In this document: positions 42,195 through 57,599 of the stretch, one piece after another
How positions within the stretch are numbered: position 1 is the first letter of the stretch
Layout of the letters: each line of letters starts with the position of its first letter
From: the human T2T-CHM13v2.0 reference genome, Homo sapiens
DNA: 64,000 nt
Strand: one strand, 5' to 3'
NCBI RefSeq assembly: GCF_009914755.1
Contig: NC_060926.1
Program-made: the position numbers and the translations under genes
The notes under the pieces: model-generated
What the model was told of the DNA's origin: nothing
Database searches by the model: none
The model's input: the letters and a program-made list of their open reading frames with translations, nothing else

Positions 42195-42300
42195 AATGCT
42201 GTGTGGTTTTGAGCAGCTTACTTAACCTCTCTGAACCTGTCTTTGTTTGCTAAGTGGAAATAGCACTACTTCCCTTGCCAGGTTGTTGAAGGATTAGCAC
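42195..42300 (+). mobile_element. MIR
   Basis: gctgtgtggttttgagcagcttacttaacctctctgaacct…ggttgttgaaggatta. Confidence 0.7.
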
Positions 42301-43796
42301 CCAGTCCTCAAAGTCCTCATGTGGTCAAGCTGTTGCGGGAGGGTGGCGGGGGTGCTCATCTATTCCAGAGACCCCGCTACCACCCTCAGTCTCCTTCACA
42401 AATGAGTGCTGTCCAAACGTGTCCCCTCACTGCCCACCCAGTGTTTCTTCCCAGCCTCGCTGCTGCCAGACATGAACAGCCCCCCTTCAAGATGTCTGGA
42501 GAGGAAGCTGGTGGGTATGAAATTGCCACAATGAAGTGGAAATACTCCTAGCTGCTGGCAGAAAGTTCTTCCGGTTCAGCTCTGCATGCTAGGGCAAGTT
42601 TCCCCCTGCTCTGCTCTTCTGAAGTTCTCAAGGAGCCAAGCTCACTCCCTGCATCCTGATGGCATCTGGCTGCTTCTTTCTTCAATTTCCCAAGACCATG
42701 AAAACTTTACTGCTTAGCCCTGGCACCACGGATTAGAAAGAAATGCAGACCCAAGTATATTGAAATTCCTCTTGGGGCTCAAGGCTCTGCAGATGGCCTA
42801 GAACATGTTTAAATGTGTTTTTAGACGAACATGAAAATGAAAACACAGCATTTTTAAATTCTCAGAGAGAAGCTGCTGACCCAGTCAGAGACATTCTGAG
42901 TTGGAGTCACCAGGCCCTGGTGCAATCCCACCCAAGCCTCTTCCCACATGTGGCACCTCGTGCTTCTGCCCTTCTGGGCTTGCGGGTGGAATAGTGGGTG
43001 TCGGCTGGAGCCTGCTGTAGTGACCAAAGGGAGACTGCAGACAGTGGCCACATCCCTTACTTCTCCCTGACTGTAGTCAAGGATGTTGCAGCACCTTCCT
43101 CAAGGGGGTCTGTTCCCCAACTTTGAGTCCAGGCTGGCTTGAGGATTGCTGTGACAGGGGGACACAACAGAAATGAGGTCCTAGGTTTGTTGGAGCCAGG
43201 CCTTGAGCTAGGGTGGCGGGGTGGGGGAGCCCCTCTCTCATTCATTTCCTCCCTTTAAGCCCAGTTTCCTTGACATTGGTAAAGTGACTCAGAAACCAGA
43301 GCTCTGAGCCCAGACATGCTATGTCCCTTTCCAGAGCAAGTGACAGGCAAGCTGGGACCACCTCTTGCTCAGACACTTCTCAGCCTCTCCCTAGGAAATA
43401 AATAAGGGCCCTGATGCCGGTGCTGCCTCCTGCCCCTCCCCACAAAACCCACAACAGCGTCAGTCTGAGGCACTCTCTTTGAGAGCCGGGATCATGTCTG
43501 CTTCACTTCTCTGTCTTCCTGGTATCCAGCACCACATCTGGCTGGGGATGTGAGGGGCCCAGGACAGGGTTGCTAAAACAACAAAGCTTTCCTGACTTCT
43601 TATTACTAGGTGCAAGTTCAAAATCCCATGGCACAGTACATGCACCTCTCCTGGGCAGTATTTTAAACATGTCTATAAGTAATTATTTTTATATGTATGT
43701 CCGTGAATATATACATGCTTGTATATGAGGTATACATGTGTCTGTTTTTATCCGCTTGATTGTGAATTCCTTAATTGCACTGACATGGACCATGAG

Positions 43797-43964
43797 GTAG
43801 ATAGATAGAGAGATGGATAGATGGGTAGGTGGATGGGTGAATGGGAGATGATGGATGGATGGATGGATGGATGGATGGGGGACGGATGGGAGAATTGACA
43901 GATAGAGAAAGATGATGGATGGGTGGGTGAGTGGATGGATGGGTAGATGCACGGATGGATAGAT
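43797..43964. repeat. (GATA)n/(GGAT)n compound microsatellite
   Basis: Seen directly. Confidence 0.95.
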
Positions 43965-45549
43965 CCATCCCTCTGACACTAAGAGAGTAATTTGTTCATA
44001 ATGGGCTTAGTTAACACGGAAGGAAGGAAGGCAGGATCCAAGGCAGTTCTTGTCCCTAGGGGAGCACAGAGGAGCTGGGGAAGGGAGAAGGCACTGAAGA
44101 GCAAAGATTCAGGCCTGGAAACCAGAGGGCTGAGTGTAGCCTTCGTCACCCCATTTGTTTGATTTTCAGTTTTCCTCTGTGTAAGAAGAGGATGACGATA
44201 ACAGGGCCTGCCTCGCAGGGGTAAGCAGATGAGTGTAAGAGAACGCCCTGTAGAAGTTTACAGTGTGAATAGACCAAGGGCCTTAAATTCAGGCAGTGAT
44301 GAGGTCTGAGGTCCTGGCTCTACCACATGTGGTCCAGTGAACCTTAAGGACATTTCTTGAACCCCCCTAAACGTAAACTACAAAATCAGGAGAGGAAGTT
44401 GCTCCTTGGCAGGGCACTGTGAATATGAAGAGATTCCGTGTGCCGAAGCTCACACTGTGGCTGCTGGTGCTTGGTGGTAACAGCCACTGTCGCTGCGGAG
44501 CTCACCATGTGTCACAGAGCTGCACATGGAGAGATGGCTCCAGCCAGTACACAGGGCTGCAGAGAAGGCCTGGTGGGGAAAGGCTCTCTGGAAAGCCGCA
44601 GGGGTAGGGAGAGCGGGGGTGGAGCGGGGAGACTGGGGAGGTCAAGGAGCGCTCCTTGGAGGAGGCGGGAGTGTTCATAAGGAAAACCCACCCCTGCCCA
44701 GCTGACATCCAGAAAAAGGAGGGGGAGGAGGGGAGACATTGGCAAGGTGAGAAGAAGAGAAATATTTTTGAAACACAAAAAATGACAGTTCTTGGGGAGA
44801 TGCCAATATTTGCCACTGGTGGATGTGCTCCCCCAGGAAGGGGGTAGGACTTGGCCCCTGGAGACAGCCGCCAACACAAACAGAGGGAGGAGCAGGCTTC
44901 GCTGTGAACACAGGCCTGGAGCAAGGCCAGGTTTCAAGGGACCCTCGGGGACTCTGCACCCAAGCAGCTCGGAGCAGGCAGGGAGAGCCTGGGCAGCCAG
45001 GGGTCCTGCGTTCTTCTGGGCCTCATGGGCCTCTTGCTCCTGCTCGGGCCTGAAATGATTTACTGCCCTTGGCCACCATGTGCCTGGCTCCACACTGCAC
45101 TGTGCTTATGCTGTGTGGGGAGGGGCCCGGCCCTCTCAGAGACATGGCCACCTCAGCTCTCTCCCAAAGCTGCCAGGGTTTGGCCAGAGCCTGCCCCCCT
45201 TCCCCTTCCCTGCCCATGGCAGGGGCCTGACAGAGGGTGGCAGACTCAGGAGTGGCTGGTGCCCCGGGTGCTCTTTTCCGTGGATGTGAACTTGGAAAGC
45301 TTTTGCCAGCTCTCACAGGAGATGAAAGCTGGGTGTGAGGGCAGTGGTGCTAAGCAAAATGGTGATGAGGAGAGGGGACACAGGGACTTTCTGTGGTAGA
45401 CACAGGACAGCGGAAGAGGAAGGGTGCTAAGGAAGGAGGGGAAGAGGAAAAGGACAAGGTTGCGGAGCGGGGAGATCCATCCACACCCAAAACAACCTCC
45501 ACAGGGCCCCAGTGTTGGTCCCCACAAATCTTACATTAAATCCCATTCT

Positions 45550-46060
45550 TTTTAAAACTGTATGGACTTTTTTTAGGCTTTTATATTTTGAAATATAATA
45601 CATAGAGAGAAACTTGCATAAAAATAAACATAAAGCTTAACAAATTACTTAGTAAGCCAATTTCCAGGCCAGCTCAAGAGCTGGGAGATGGCACTCCCAA
45701 AGCCCCCTCGGCAGCTCCCCTTCCCCAGGCTGACCGGAAGTCCTGGCTTTTCTTTATACTCTTATGCAGCCAACAAGGCATGCAACTGGAAACAGCACAG
45801 TTCAGCCTTGCCACCTCCTTTAGCTTTACATAAATGGAATCATAACTTCATGTTTTTTTGAGTTTAGCTGCTTTCACTTAATGTAAGTTTCGAGGTTAAA
45901 TCCTGTTTCGCGTGTGGCTGAGATGGTTCCTTCTGGTGCTGTAGATGACTCCATTGTGTGACCACACTACAATGGCCATGTCCATTCCATTCCATTCCAT
46001 CTATTCCATGGTGAATGTGCCTTTGGGTTGTTCCCAGGTGGTGATGATTATGAATAACCC
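45550..46060 (-). mobile_element. Old L1 (L1ME-like) 3' fragment
   Basis: ttttatattttgaaatataatacata…tacataaatggaatcata…ctttcacttaatgtaagtttcgagg…gactccattgtgtgac…ctttgggttgttcccag. Confidence 0.75.
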
Positions 46061-46779
46061 TTCCTGTGCTACCACAGTTTCCAAGAAGATGTCTGATTTT
46101 TACCATCCAATAAACAACTTGAACATGGGGAAACCAGAGAAGTCGGAGTCCTACTGAGGGGACCATTCCTGGGCCTCTCAGAGAATGGAGGTTCAGGGTC
46201 ATTTAACTTTCTGGGCCAAGAGATCAACAAAGACTTTTTGAGCATCTGGAAAGTCTGAAGGAACGGCACGCCCAGTAGGCAGGGCCACAGGAGCATAGCG
46301 CCTCAGGCTCTGGGTCATGGAGGGCTTCCAGTCTTTGGGATGGGCTAAGGAGGAGGATTCGTTCAGAGTCAGTTGGAAATTATTTAATTCAGTCCTTTTT
46401 ATGAAAGTGCCTCCAAACACTTGAGTCTCCTGGCTTCCTTGTCTCCCCCGGCCAGGCAGGCACCAGGACCTCTTCTATCCCTGTCTAAAGGAGCACCTGG
46501 CCCACACCTGTCTGGACATTGAAACCCAGTGTCCACACCTGGAGAGCAATGGGGGCTAGTACATACGTATACCAGACAGGTTACCGCACAACTTATTTTT
46601 GACTTCGTATGTCAAGAACATCTTTCTGGGTGAATACGTAGAGCTGAAACTCATAATCTGTAGAATGGATAGAACATAGATTTCCAACCTATTAATGCAC
46701 ATACAAGTTGCTTTAGTTTTTTGCAAATAGTGATGTAATAAACACCCATGGACATATGTTCTTATATTCAACAGTTTTT

Positions 46780-47765
46780 AACACAGGTCAGCTCATGTCG
46801 CTGACTCCCTTAAGACAAAACACAAACTCCTTGTCCTTGGTGTTCAAGCCTGCGTGACCTGAGCCTGCTGCCTGCTCTGAGCTCACTGTGTAACACCCTT
46901 TCTATGCTCATTAGGCACCAGCTACGCTGGCCGTTTTGCAAGTCCTCAAAACTCACCAAGTCCAATCTTGCCTTGAGGCTGCTGCGTGGCTGGCTGTTCC
47001 CTCTATGAGAATGCTCTTCCCTGATTTTTAGAGACTGCTTTCTCCTTAGTTGGAGCTCAGGTTTGAAATGTCACCTCTTGGGAGAGGTCTTCTTGCCCAT
47101 CTGAGTTTAAGTGACCGTCCTCGCTCTCTTCTGTTCTCTAAGTTATCTGCACAGCCTGGTGTGGGTTGAGTTGTGTCCTCTAAAAAGACATTGAAGTCCC
47201 TGGTCCCTGTGAATGTGGCGTTATTTGGAGATAGGGTCTTTACAGATGTAGTCAAGTTAAGATGAGGTCATACTGAACTTGAATGAATCCTAGTCAAATT
47301 ACTAGTGTCCTTATAAGACGAGGTAAATTTGGACAAAAAGACACACAGAGAAAAGAATGTAATGTGACAACAGAGATTGGAGTGACGTGTCTACAAGCCA
47401 AAGGACACCAAGGATTGCCAGCAACTTGCAGAAGCTAGGAGAGGCATGGAACAGACTGCCCTGGAGCTCCCAACAGGAAGCACACTGTCAACACCTTGGT
47501 TCCAGACTGCCAACCTCCAGAGCTATAAGGAACACGTTTCTGTTCTTTTAAGTCACCCAGTTTGTGATCATTCATTACAGCAGCCCTAGGAGCAGAATTC
47601 ACAGCCCTAATCCCAATGCAGCTATTTCTAGTTTCTTTCTTTCATTGTTGACTTGTGGTCTGCCTCTCGCATGAGACCGTAAGCTCTGTGTGAGCAGGGC
47701 CTTGTCTGATCTGTCCATGGCCACACCTTCAGTGCCTGATGCAAGGACACTTGTTGAATGAAGTG
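46780..47765 (+). mobile_element. L2 3' region split by an MLT1 LTR
   Basis: aaactccttgtccttggtgttcaagcc…gctgttccctctatgagaatgctcttccc…ctcaggtttgaaatgtcacctc; resumes gtaagctctgtgtgagcagggcc…acttgttgaatgaa. Confidence 0.75.
47157..47603 (+). mobile_element. MaLR LTR (MLT1B/C-like)
   Basis: tgtgggttgagttgtgtcc…gaatgtggcgttatttggagatagggtctttacagatgta…gttaagatgaggtcatactg…ttacagcagccctagga. Confidence 0.9.
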
Positions 47766-48121
47766 ACAATGTGTTATTTCTGAAGAAAATAGATTCCTAT
47801 AAGTGGGGTTGCTAAGTCAGAATGTCAGTGCATCTTACTTTGGATAAATTATCAGATTCCTTTCCCCAAAATGTTGCTGTTGCACTCTGACCAGGCATGA
47901 GAATGCTCGTTCCCACATCCCTATCAGGCCCCAGACAGCGTTAATTAACCTTTTAAATTCTAGCCACCAGGAGGTTGAGCATGAGATCCGCATTGCTATT
48001 CCCAACTTCTGTTTTCCTGACTATTGGGAAAGGTGATCATCTTTTCACAGATTTATGTGCTATTTGTACCTTTCTTGTGAATTCCTTTTCCATAATCTTT
48101 GTTCTTTTTCTGTTGGGATGG

Positions 48122-48624
48122 TGTGACAGACAGAACAATGGCCCACCTAAATCATCCACATCCTAATCCCTGGAAGTGGTGACTATGTCACCTTGCATGG
48201 CCAAGGGGAAGTAAGGGAGCAGGTGGAAGTGAAGTTGCTAATCAGGTGACCTTGAGATGGGGATTTTTATCCTGGATGCTTGGGGTGGACCCGATGTGAT
48301 TGCAAGCATCCTTATAAATGGAGAGAGGGAACTAGAAAGAACTAGAGAGAAGGCAGCGTGGGCCTCACCTGACCTTGCTGGCTTTGAAGATAGAAGGAGA
48401 GGCCAAGAGCCAGGGAGTACAGGTGGTCTCTAGAAGCTGGAGAAGGCAAGGAAGTGGATTCCCCCAGAGCTTCCAGGAAAAACACAGCCCTGTAGAAACC
48501 TTGATTTTCTAGCCCAGTGGGACCCCTTTTGGAATTCTGACCTTCAGAACTACAGACAAATTTGTGTTGTGTTAAGCCACTAGGTTGTAATAAGTTGTTA
48601 GAGTAGCAGTAGGAAATTGGCACA
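48122..48624 (+). mobile_element. MaLR LTR (MLT1D-like) in an old L1 fragment
   Basis: tgtgacagacagaacaatggccc…ccacatcctaatccctggaa…gttgctaatcag.tgaccttgagatggg…ctctagaagctgga…gttaagccactaggttgt. Confidence 0.88.
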
Positions 48625-50977
48625 ATAAGTCTGGATTTTCTTATCAATTTTCAGAAGTCTGTTCCATATTAGGGATGTTAACTGTTCGTTTTCTTACATC
48701 CACGCTACCCTCACCTTCTGGTACTGGAATTATTGGCTTGTAATCTCCTCCCTCCTTGAGCCCTCAAGCATAGGGTCCATGTTTTATCTTTGTATTTCTA
48801 GTGAATCAGCATGGACGTGTCCCATGAAAGAGGAAACACATAAACTATGGGAATATCCCTGCAGCCTGTCATCTCGCCAACTGCATCCTCCCCATCTCGG
48901 CTCTCCACGAACACTGAGCCTTCAGACAATTGGAAAACATGGGTATCATCCCATCACTCAGCCCTGTTCCCAGCTTTAGCTTAGAGGAAAGGCTGATCAT
49001 AGATGCGGCTCTGAGGACAGACACAGGTAGAGTGAGATGGTTTCTGAGTCCCTGAGTACGCCGCATGCCACAGACCACAGCAAGACATTTGCCCATGAGG
49101 ATGAGATTGGAGTTGCTGTGACTTGACTCTATAATTCAGCAGAATTGGAGTGGCCCGAAGACAGGGACCAGGACAAAGATGAAGACAGCACGAGACGGAA
49201 GCCAGACCGGAAAGACGACACCACATAGGGCCAGATACCCTACTCCAGGGCAGCTTTGGAGAGAAGAAAAGCCTAGGTTGGCTGAGAATAGAGGTCTACC
49301 ACTTAGAGCACTTGGGGCCTAAACATAAATGGAGTTGACTTATTTTTAAAAAGTCACATCTCTTGCGTGCCTGAGATTTGCTTCCACTTCAGACAATTGG
49401 AAAGAAATCGGACCAAGGAAAGAGCCCAGTGGTATCAATTCTGTCCTGGAAATGGTCAGGAAGGCCAGCTTCCCTGCAGAGGCGGCCCTGGGGAGGAGCA
49501 GCACCCCAGTGGGGTCAAAGCAGGCAGGGCAGGGCCCAAACATCCACAGTCAAAATCTCTCCTTTCCAGGCACTGGCTCTAGGGTCAGACCCAGGCAGTG
49601 GAGTGACGTGTGCACGGGCAGCCACAGCCCGACCTTTCCTGCACACATCTGCTTCACAGGTGATGGTGAGGATTGAGTAAGACTGGGGCTGAGAAGGGGC
49701 TTTGGGGACCACGAACACCCCACACTCACACTCACAACAGGGGCCTGCATCTACCCAGCATCCTGGCAGCTTCAGTCAAACCAAGCACACTCAGAGCCCA
49801 AATGTGGAGAGAGAAGTGGAACGTAGCTAAGTCCATGACCTAAACTCGGTCAGATCTACTCCAGCAGGTATTTGGGCCTCCTCAGAATCTAGTGACTCTT
49901 GGTTAACAGACAGTCATAACTTGCTGCATGTCTTGTTTTCTGGTCTTTCACTTACTGAAAGTTCCAGATTAGAAGTGAGGGGCCAGGCACCGCATGACCA
50001 CTAGCTGCCTGATGCTTAAGAAAGAGAAGAAATTCCACTAGAAAGCACTTGAGCTCAGTTTAGAAACCATGGACAGTGCACCTACTATGAGCTGGGTGTG
50101 CTCCAGGTGGCAAGGCTTTGGCAATGAGAAAGCCAAGGAGGGGTACAGGGCCCAGCGGGAGCCGGAAGAAGTGGGAGGACACTTGGCCTAATCATGAGAA
50201 AGCTTTCTTGGAGGAGATGACCCCTGAGCTCAGCCAGGAAGGGTGCATGAGACTGGCCAGATGCTGGAGTGCAAGCAGGTCAAGCAGGGGAATGGTATGG
50301 GTGAACGCACAGAGGTGTGACTTAGCACACTTGGGCACGTGATGTACAAGGATAAACATCCTCACATGTTTCCACAGCCCCAGGAGCCTCACCATCCAGG
50401 CTGATGACCCCAAGCCAAAAGAGGTGGCCATGTCCAATATGCTCTTTGTGCAGGAAGAAAATTTGTTTGTTCAGACCAAATGCAGGCTTTGACTTATGGA
50501 ACCCAGAGTACACTGCGTGGGCCGTCTCTTCCCCTCTTGGCATCGGCTGGTAAGAAGCGTAGGAATAAATTTAGCCCTTGACATGAAAGAATGTTTAAGC
50601 TTCCTGAAAAATGATCTGTTTTCCTCCTTTTCTTTTTCCTTCTTTATACACCTTTTTAAGATTTTATTGTGTGTATGTTTTTGATAAAAATAAAATCTTA
50701 AAAAGGTGTAGAAAGTGTCAGCTAGTTTTACTGAGTGTGTTAAGAAATATTAGTCACCTCCTGTGGAGGCTCATGAACTAAGTCATTATTTTAAAAGCTA
50801 GTAAAATAAAATGACAGAATCAAACATTTACCCTGTTTTTCCTATACGACCTGTATCACAATGTAGCCAAATAGATGAGAAGTGTCTTTTTAGAGAAGTA
50901 TTCTGGATAGGAAATGAAAGCCGAATGATGGAGCATCACCCTCTAGTGAATTAATGAATCTAAGCTCTGATCAATAA

Positions 50978-51916
<939 letters not shown>

Positions 51917-52099
51917 CCTGATTTAAGTTCTAACAAACTTTTTAAAAAGGAACATGCATTCAAAAATTGAAATTTTGAACTGACTGGATATTTGACATGA
52001 GAGAATTAATATTTTAAAATGTATGCATGATAAAAAAAGAACATACAGACACGACTTAAAGGGTTGACTAGATTTACTGGATTTGCTAAGAAAAGAAGC

Positions 52100-54190
52100 T
52101 TTTCCCAGACCTCTTCCACTACCCTCTCCCTTTCCTTTTTCACTACGTGCTATCATGCCAACCCTTTTAGCTATTTATCTCTCCATCTCTACAAAAAACA
52201 TGTGAGTATTGCTACTTCCTGATGCTTTCATTCTAGGCATTATCCATTGACCCCAACTCTGGGAGACAAGAAGATGTGAGTTTAGCTCTCCTCATCCCTA
52301 CATCGCCACCCTTTGTTCCCACCACACACACTTGCCTCTCCCTCAAACTCCCAGCAGAGATTCGTGGGACATTGGTTGGATAAAGATTCACTGTCTATGG
52401 TGTTACGGCGATTTGTTCAGAACTGAGCTATATAATAAACTACATTTGCTTTTCCTTCCTGCACATCCCCTCTGCTGCCACCCCAAGAGTTAATAATTAT
52501 CTTGTTTTGTTTCTTTTCTATGTACTGATCACTAATTCAATACCAAACTCTCCATTGTCTAGCTATCTTTGCATTTGTTCTTTCCCATCAGGTATTCTGT
52601 CAATTTTGTCAGCATGGAGAAGACCCTCCCCAAGCCTTCTGACCTGCTGGGTACAAAGCTTCATCCTGCTATCTCTCTTCTCCATAATCTTGGGAAAATC
52701 TCTCAGTCCCTCTTCTGGGGAAATCCCTCAGTCTCTCTCCTGGGCTGGCTCTTCTGTTTCTTGGTTTACTCCCTTGTTTTGGTGGAGGTGGTCCTCAAGT
52801 AGCTTTCTTAAGAAGGGTGTTACAGAGGTAACATTTTTGAGACCTTGCATGTCTTAAAATACCTTTATTATATTTTCACACTTGGTTGATGCTTTAGGCT
52901 GGCTATAGAATTCTCAGTTGGTATAGTATAGGCAGCCTCCAAAATGGCCCCAGTGATTCCTACCTTCTGGTATTCACTCCTTGTGTAATAGTCCCCGGCG
53001 CTATTGGTCTGTGACTAACAGGACATGGCAGAAGTGGTGGAATGTCACTCCCGAGATTAGATTATAAAAGACTGTCTTGGGCTCTCTTGATCTGCTGGAT
53101 CACTCCCTCTGGGGGAGGCCACATCTGGAGCAGCCCATGGAGAGGTCAATGTGCAAGGACCTGAAGCCTCCTGCCAACAAGCACATGGGTGAGCTTGGAA
53201 GCAAAATGCTCAGCCCTACTGATCCCTGAGATGACTGCAACTCTGTCACACAGCTTGACTGCAACCGCATGGGAGACCCTGAGCCAGAACAGCCTGGCTA
53301 AGCTGCTGGTGAATTCCTGACGCTCAGAAATTGTGAGATAACAAATGTGTGTTGTTTTAAGCTATTAAATTTCAGAGCAATTTGTTATGCAGCAATAGAC
53401 AATGAATCTAGTTGGAAATCCTTTTCCTTCGTAGTTTTGAAAGCTTTACTCTAAGGCCCTCTAGCTTTCTGGGGCTGCTACTCAGAAAGCCAAAACAATT
53501 CTGATTTCTGAATTTTTGCACATGACCTTCTCCATCCCAGGTGTTCAAAAAGTGCCCATTGGTTTGCCTTGTTGGGTCTGCATTTTCCATTTCCATTGTG
53601 CTGGGGCCCTGATGGGCCTGTCTTTCAGTTTGGGGGAATTTTCTTGAATCGGTTTGTTGACAATTCTCTACCCTCTATTTTCTCTATTGTCTCTTCCTAA
53701 AATTCCTTATTATTCACATTTTGGATTCCCTGGATGAGTTCTCACTTTCTTACTCACCATTTGATTTTTCTCTCCTTTCCATTTATGTGGTTTTTTACCT
53801 TGCTTTCTGGGTAATATCTTTATCTTCCCATCTTGTTATAAGATTTGTATTTCATTTTCTGTTCTGTATGTTCTGTATTCCCCCTTTTTGTTCTTGCTTT
53901 TGCAGAGTGTTTCCTTTTGGTAGTATCTTGTGCTTATGTTATGGATGTAGTGTCTTCCCTTAGGAATCTAAAGATGTGAATACTATTGGTTTTGGTGGCT
54001 TTTTCTGGTTTGTTTGTTTCTTTAAAAGTTTTCTTCTTTCTGCATAGTCTGCTCTTTCAGGTTGTTTTCATTTGTTTATTTTCTTTGATCTATTTCTTTT
54101 ATGTTAGAATTGTCCTCATAGGTCTGGTAATCTTAGTGTATGTGTTTCTATTTGAGAATGGAACACTGGAAAATTGACAGGAAGCTCTTA
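52100..54190 (-). mobile_element. Old L1/HAL1-like fragments split by an MLT1 LTR
   Basis: gagaccttgcatgtcttaaaatacctttatt…ggctggctatagaattct | tagttggaaatccttttcc…ctttcagtttgggggaattttcttg. Confidence 0.6.
52925..53408 (+). mobile_element. MaLR LTR (MLT1F-like)
   Basis: ggcagcctccaaaatggccccagtgattcctacc…cactccctctgggggaggcc…gagaccctgagccagaac…ttgttatgcagcaataga. Confidence 0.88.
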
Positions 54191-54264
54191 CCCTCCATTG
54201 GGTTGGATTTGTTCCCTGAGTTTCACCTGGGGTGATATGGGTGGGCCTTTGGCACTTGTTCCAG

Positions 54265-54790
54265 CCACCCATCACTGTGGAACAAACCACTCTAAAACTC
54301 AGTGGCTTAAAACGACATTTGTGTTGCTCACGAATCTGCAAACTGGACAGGGCTTTGTGGGGACAGCTCATCTCTGCTCCATTCAGCAGCAGCTGGGGAG
54401 CCTGAAGACAGGTGGATGAAGTTCTGGCTCACTTGCCTGGTGTCTGGGCTTTGCATGGCTGGAGGCCTTTGGGCTTCTCTCTGTCCCTATGAGCTCTCTC
54501 CACATGGTTTCTCCAGCACGGGGGTTTCGGGGCAGGTGGATCTCTAACATGCTGACTCAGGGCTCCCAAAGTGCATGTCCCAGAGAAAAAAAAAAAAAAA
54601 ACCTGGGCAGAGGCCATGTCAATGTTTATGATTGAGTATTGAAAGTCACACTATTTCTTTCCTCAAAGCAGTCACAGAGGCCCACACAGTTTCACAGGAA
54701 GGAGAATAGACCCTACCATTAATGGAGGAGTGTCAAAACTCTGGAAAAGCTAGTGGGACTGGAAATGTTGTTACAGTCATTTTTGATACA
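54265..54790 (-). mobile_element. MaLR LTR (MLT1F/G/H-like)
   Basis: aacaaaccactctaaaactcagtggcttaaaac…gctcacgaatctgca…tctccacatggtttctccagca…gagaatagaccctacc. Confidence 0.8.
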
Positions 54791-54835
54791 AACTATCACA
54801 ATACTTGAGTATAACATATTCTGGAAAAATCATGG

Positions 54836-55273
54836 TATTCGTTTCCTATTGCTGCCATAACAAATAATCACAAGTTTAATGCTTATAAAAACACACACTT
54901 ATTACCTCACAGCTCTGAAGGTCAGAAGGCCAAAATCCAGAGGTGAGCAGGGCCAGGCTACTTCTGGGGGTGTTGGGGAGCATCTGTCTCCTTGCTTTTT
55001 CCTACTTCTACGGATCTCCTGTACTCCTTGGCCTTCCTCTGTCTCCAAAGCACGTCACTCCAACCTCTGCCCCTGTTGTCACACCTCCTTCCTCTGATGC
55101 TGGCCCTCTCACCTCTCTCTAGTAAGAATCCTCCTGATGACATAGAGGCCAGCTGGGTCACCTGGGATAACCTCTTACTCTGCAAAGTCCCTTTGCCATG
55201 TAAGGTGACATGTTCACAGGTTCTGCGGAGTAGGACGTGGGCATCATTGATGGGGCCATTGTTCCGTCTACCA
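54836..55273 (-). mobile_element. MaLR LTR (MLT1C-like)
   Basis: gtttcctattgctgccataacaaataatcacaa…ctcacagctctgaaggtcagaag…ctgcaaagtccctttgccatgtaaggtgacat…ctaccaca. Confidence 0.85.
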
Positions 55274-56227
55274 CATTCACGGACGTGGAGCAGCTCATTC
55301 CCTAGTGACTCTGCAGCTCCTAAATGGGTGATTCGGGTGAGTCCTGAGGGGCTACTCCAGTGGCCCTAAAGACCCTTCACCCTTATCCCTGGGGTCCCCA
55401 CCCGCCTCTTACCCTCAGCCCTGAAGCTTCTTGCACAGTGTCCAGCCTGCACTGCGGTCTGCAGAAGCTCCTAACTGGCGTTGGCTCTAAGGGCCCTTCT
55501 TCTCTCACATAAGCCCACCCTCTGCTCCCAGAATTCTGAGCAAGTACAGCTCCAAGTTCCCTCAGGGGCCTTGCCTAATCCAGAGATGCTGTCAGGCACC
55601 GTGGAAAGATTCCGTTCACACATCTGGTGGGGACCTGGGCCCGATGCTGCCCCTCTTTGGGCTTCAGTTTCCATGCCTTCAACCTGGGAAGTTGGACAGA
55701 AGTTGAGAGGGGTGACCAAGGAAGGGTCATGCATCCTTACACGAGAGATAAGCCTAGTCCTAGCCATGGCCATTTCTCACCCGCTCAGTAGTGACAATTA
55801 TAGCAGTGTTTGCTTCCAATTTTTTAGACACAAAAAATTACAGGTACATTCGAAGTCCCTGTGAATCCCTACTCAGTTCCTTTCCCCTCCCTAAACTTAA
55901 CCCCACCGCCCCTGGGGGAACCACCATCTCAACTTTGGTGTGTCCAGGGTTTTATTCTTTCTACATAGGTGTGTGACCATAAATAATAGATACGATTGTT
56001 CTGTGTTTTAAAAGATTACATACATAAGCCAAAGCCATGTACACATTCAATGCAATCCCTATCAAAATTTCAATAGCTTCTTCACAGAAAAAGAAAAGTG
56101 GGTCCTTAAATTCCTATAGAACTGCAAGGAGCCTCAGTCAAAACAATCTTTAAAAAATGGTTGAGGGACTCACACTTCCTGACTTCTAAACTTACTGCAA
56201 AGCTACAGTAATTAAAATGCTATAGTG

Positions 56228-56593
<366 letters not shown>

Positions 56594-56656
56594 TTAAAAA
56601 TGAAAGTAGAATAGAGAGCTCAGAAATAAACCCTTACTTATATGGTCAATTGATTT

Positions 56657-56968
<312 letters not shown>

Positions 56969-57238
56969 TGACAAGGATGCTGAGACCACACAATGGGGAA
57001 AAGAACAGCCTTTCAACAAATGATATTGGGAAAACTAGATATCGACATGCAAAAGAATGAAGTTGCACCTTTACCTTATGCAATGTGCAATGTTAACTCA
57101 AAATGGATCAAAATCTAAACTTAAGAACTAAAACTATAATACCATTAAGGGGAAAGCTTCATGACATTGGATTTGGTAATAATCTCATGTATATGGCACC
57201 AAAAGTACCAGCAACAAAAGAAAAATTAGGTAAATTAG

Positions 57239-57585
<347 letters not shown>

Positions 57586-57599
57586 CAGTCTTAGTTCTT

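Noticed and set aside
50055-50085. REST/NRSE-like site (accatggacagtgc); weaker ones at ~10920 and ~42720
   Set aside because: Only one half-site matches; the TCAGCACC half is poor
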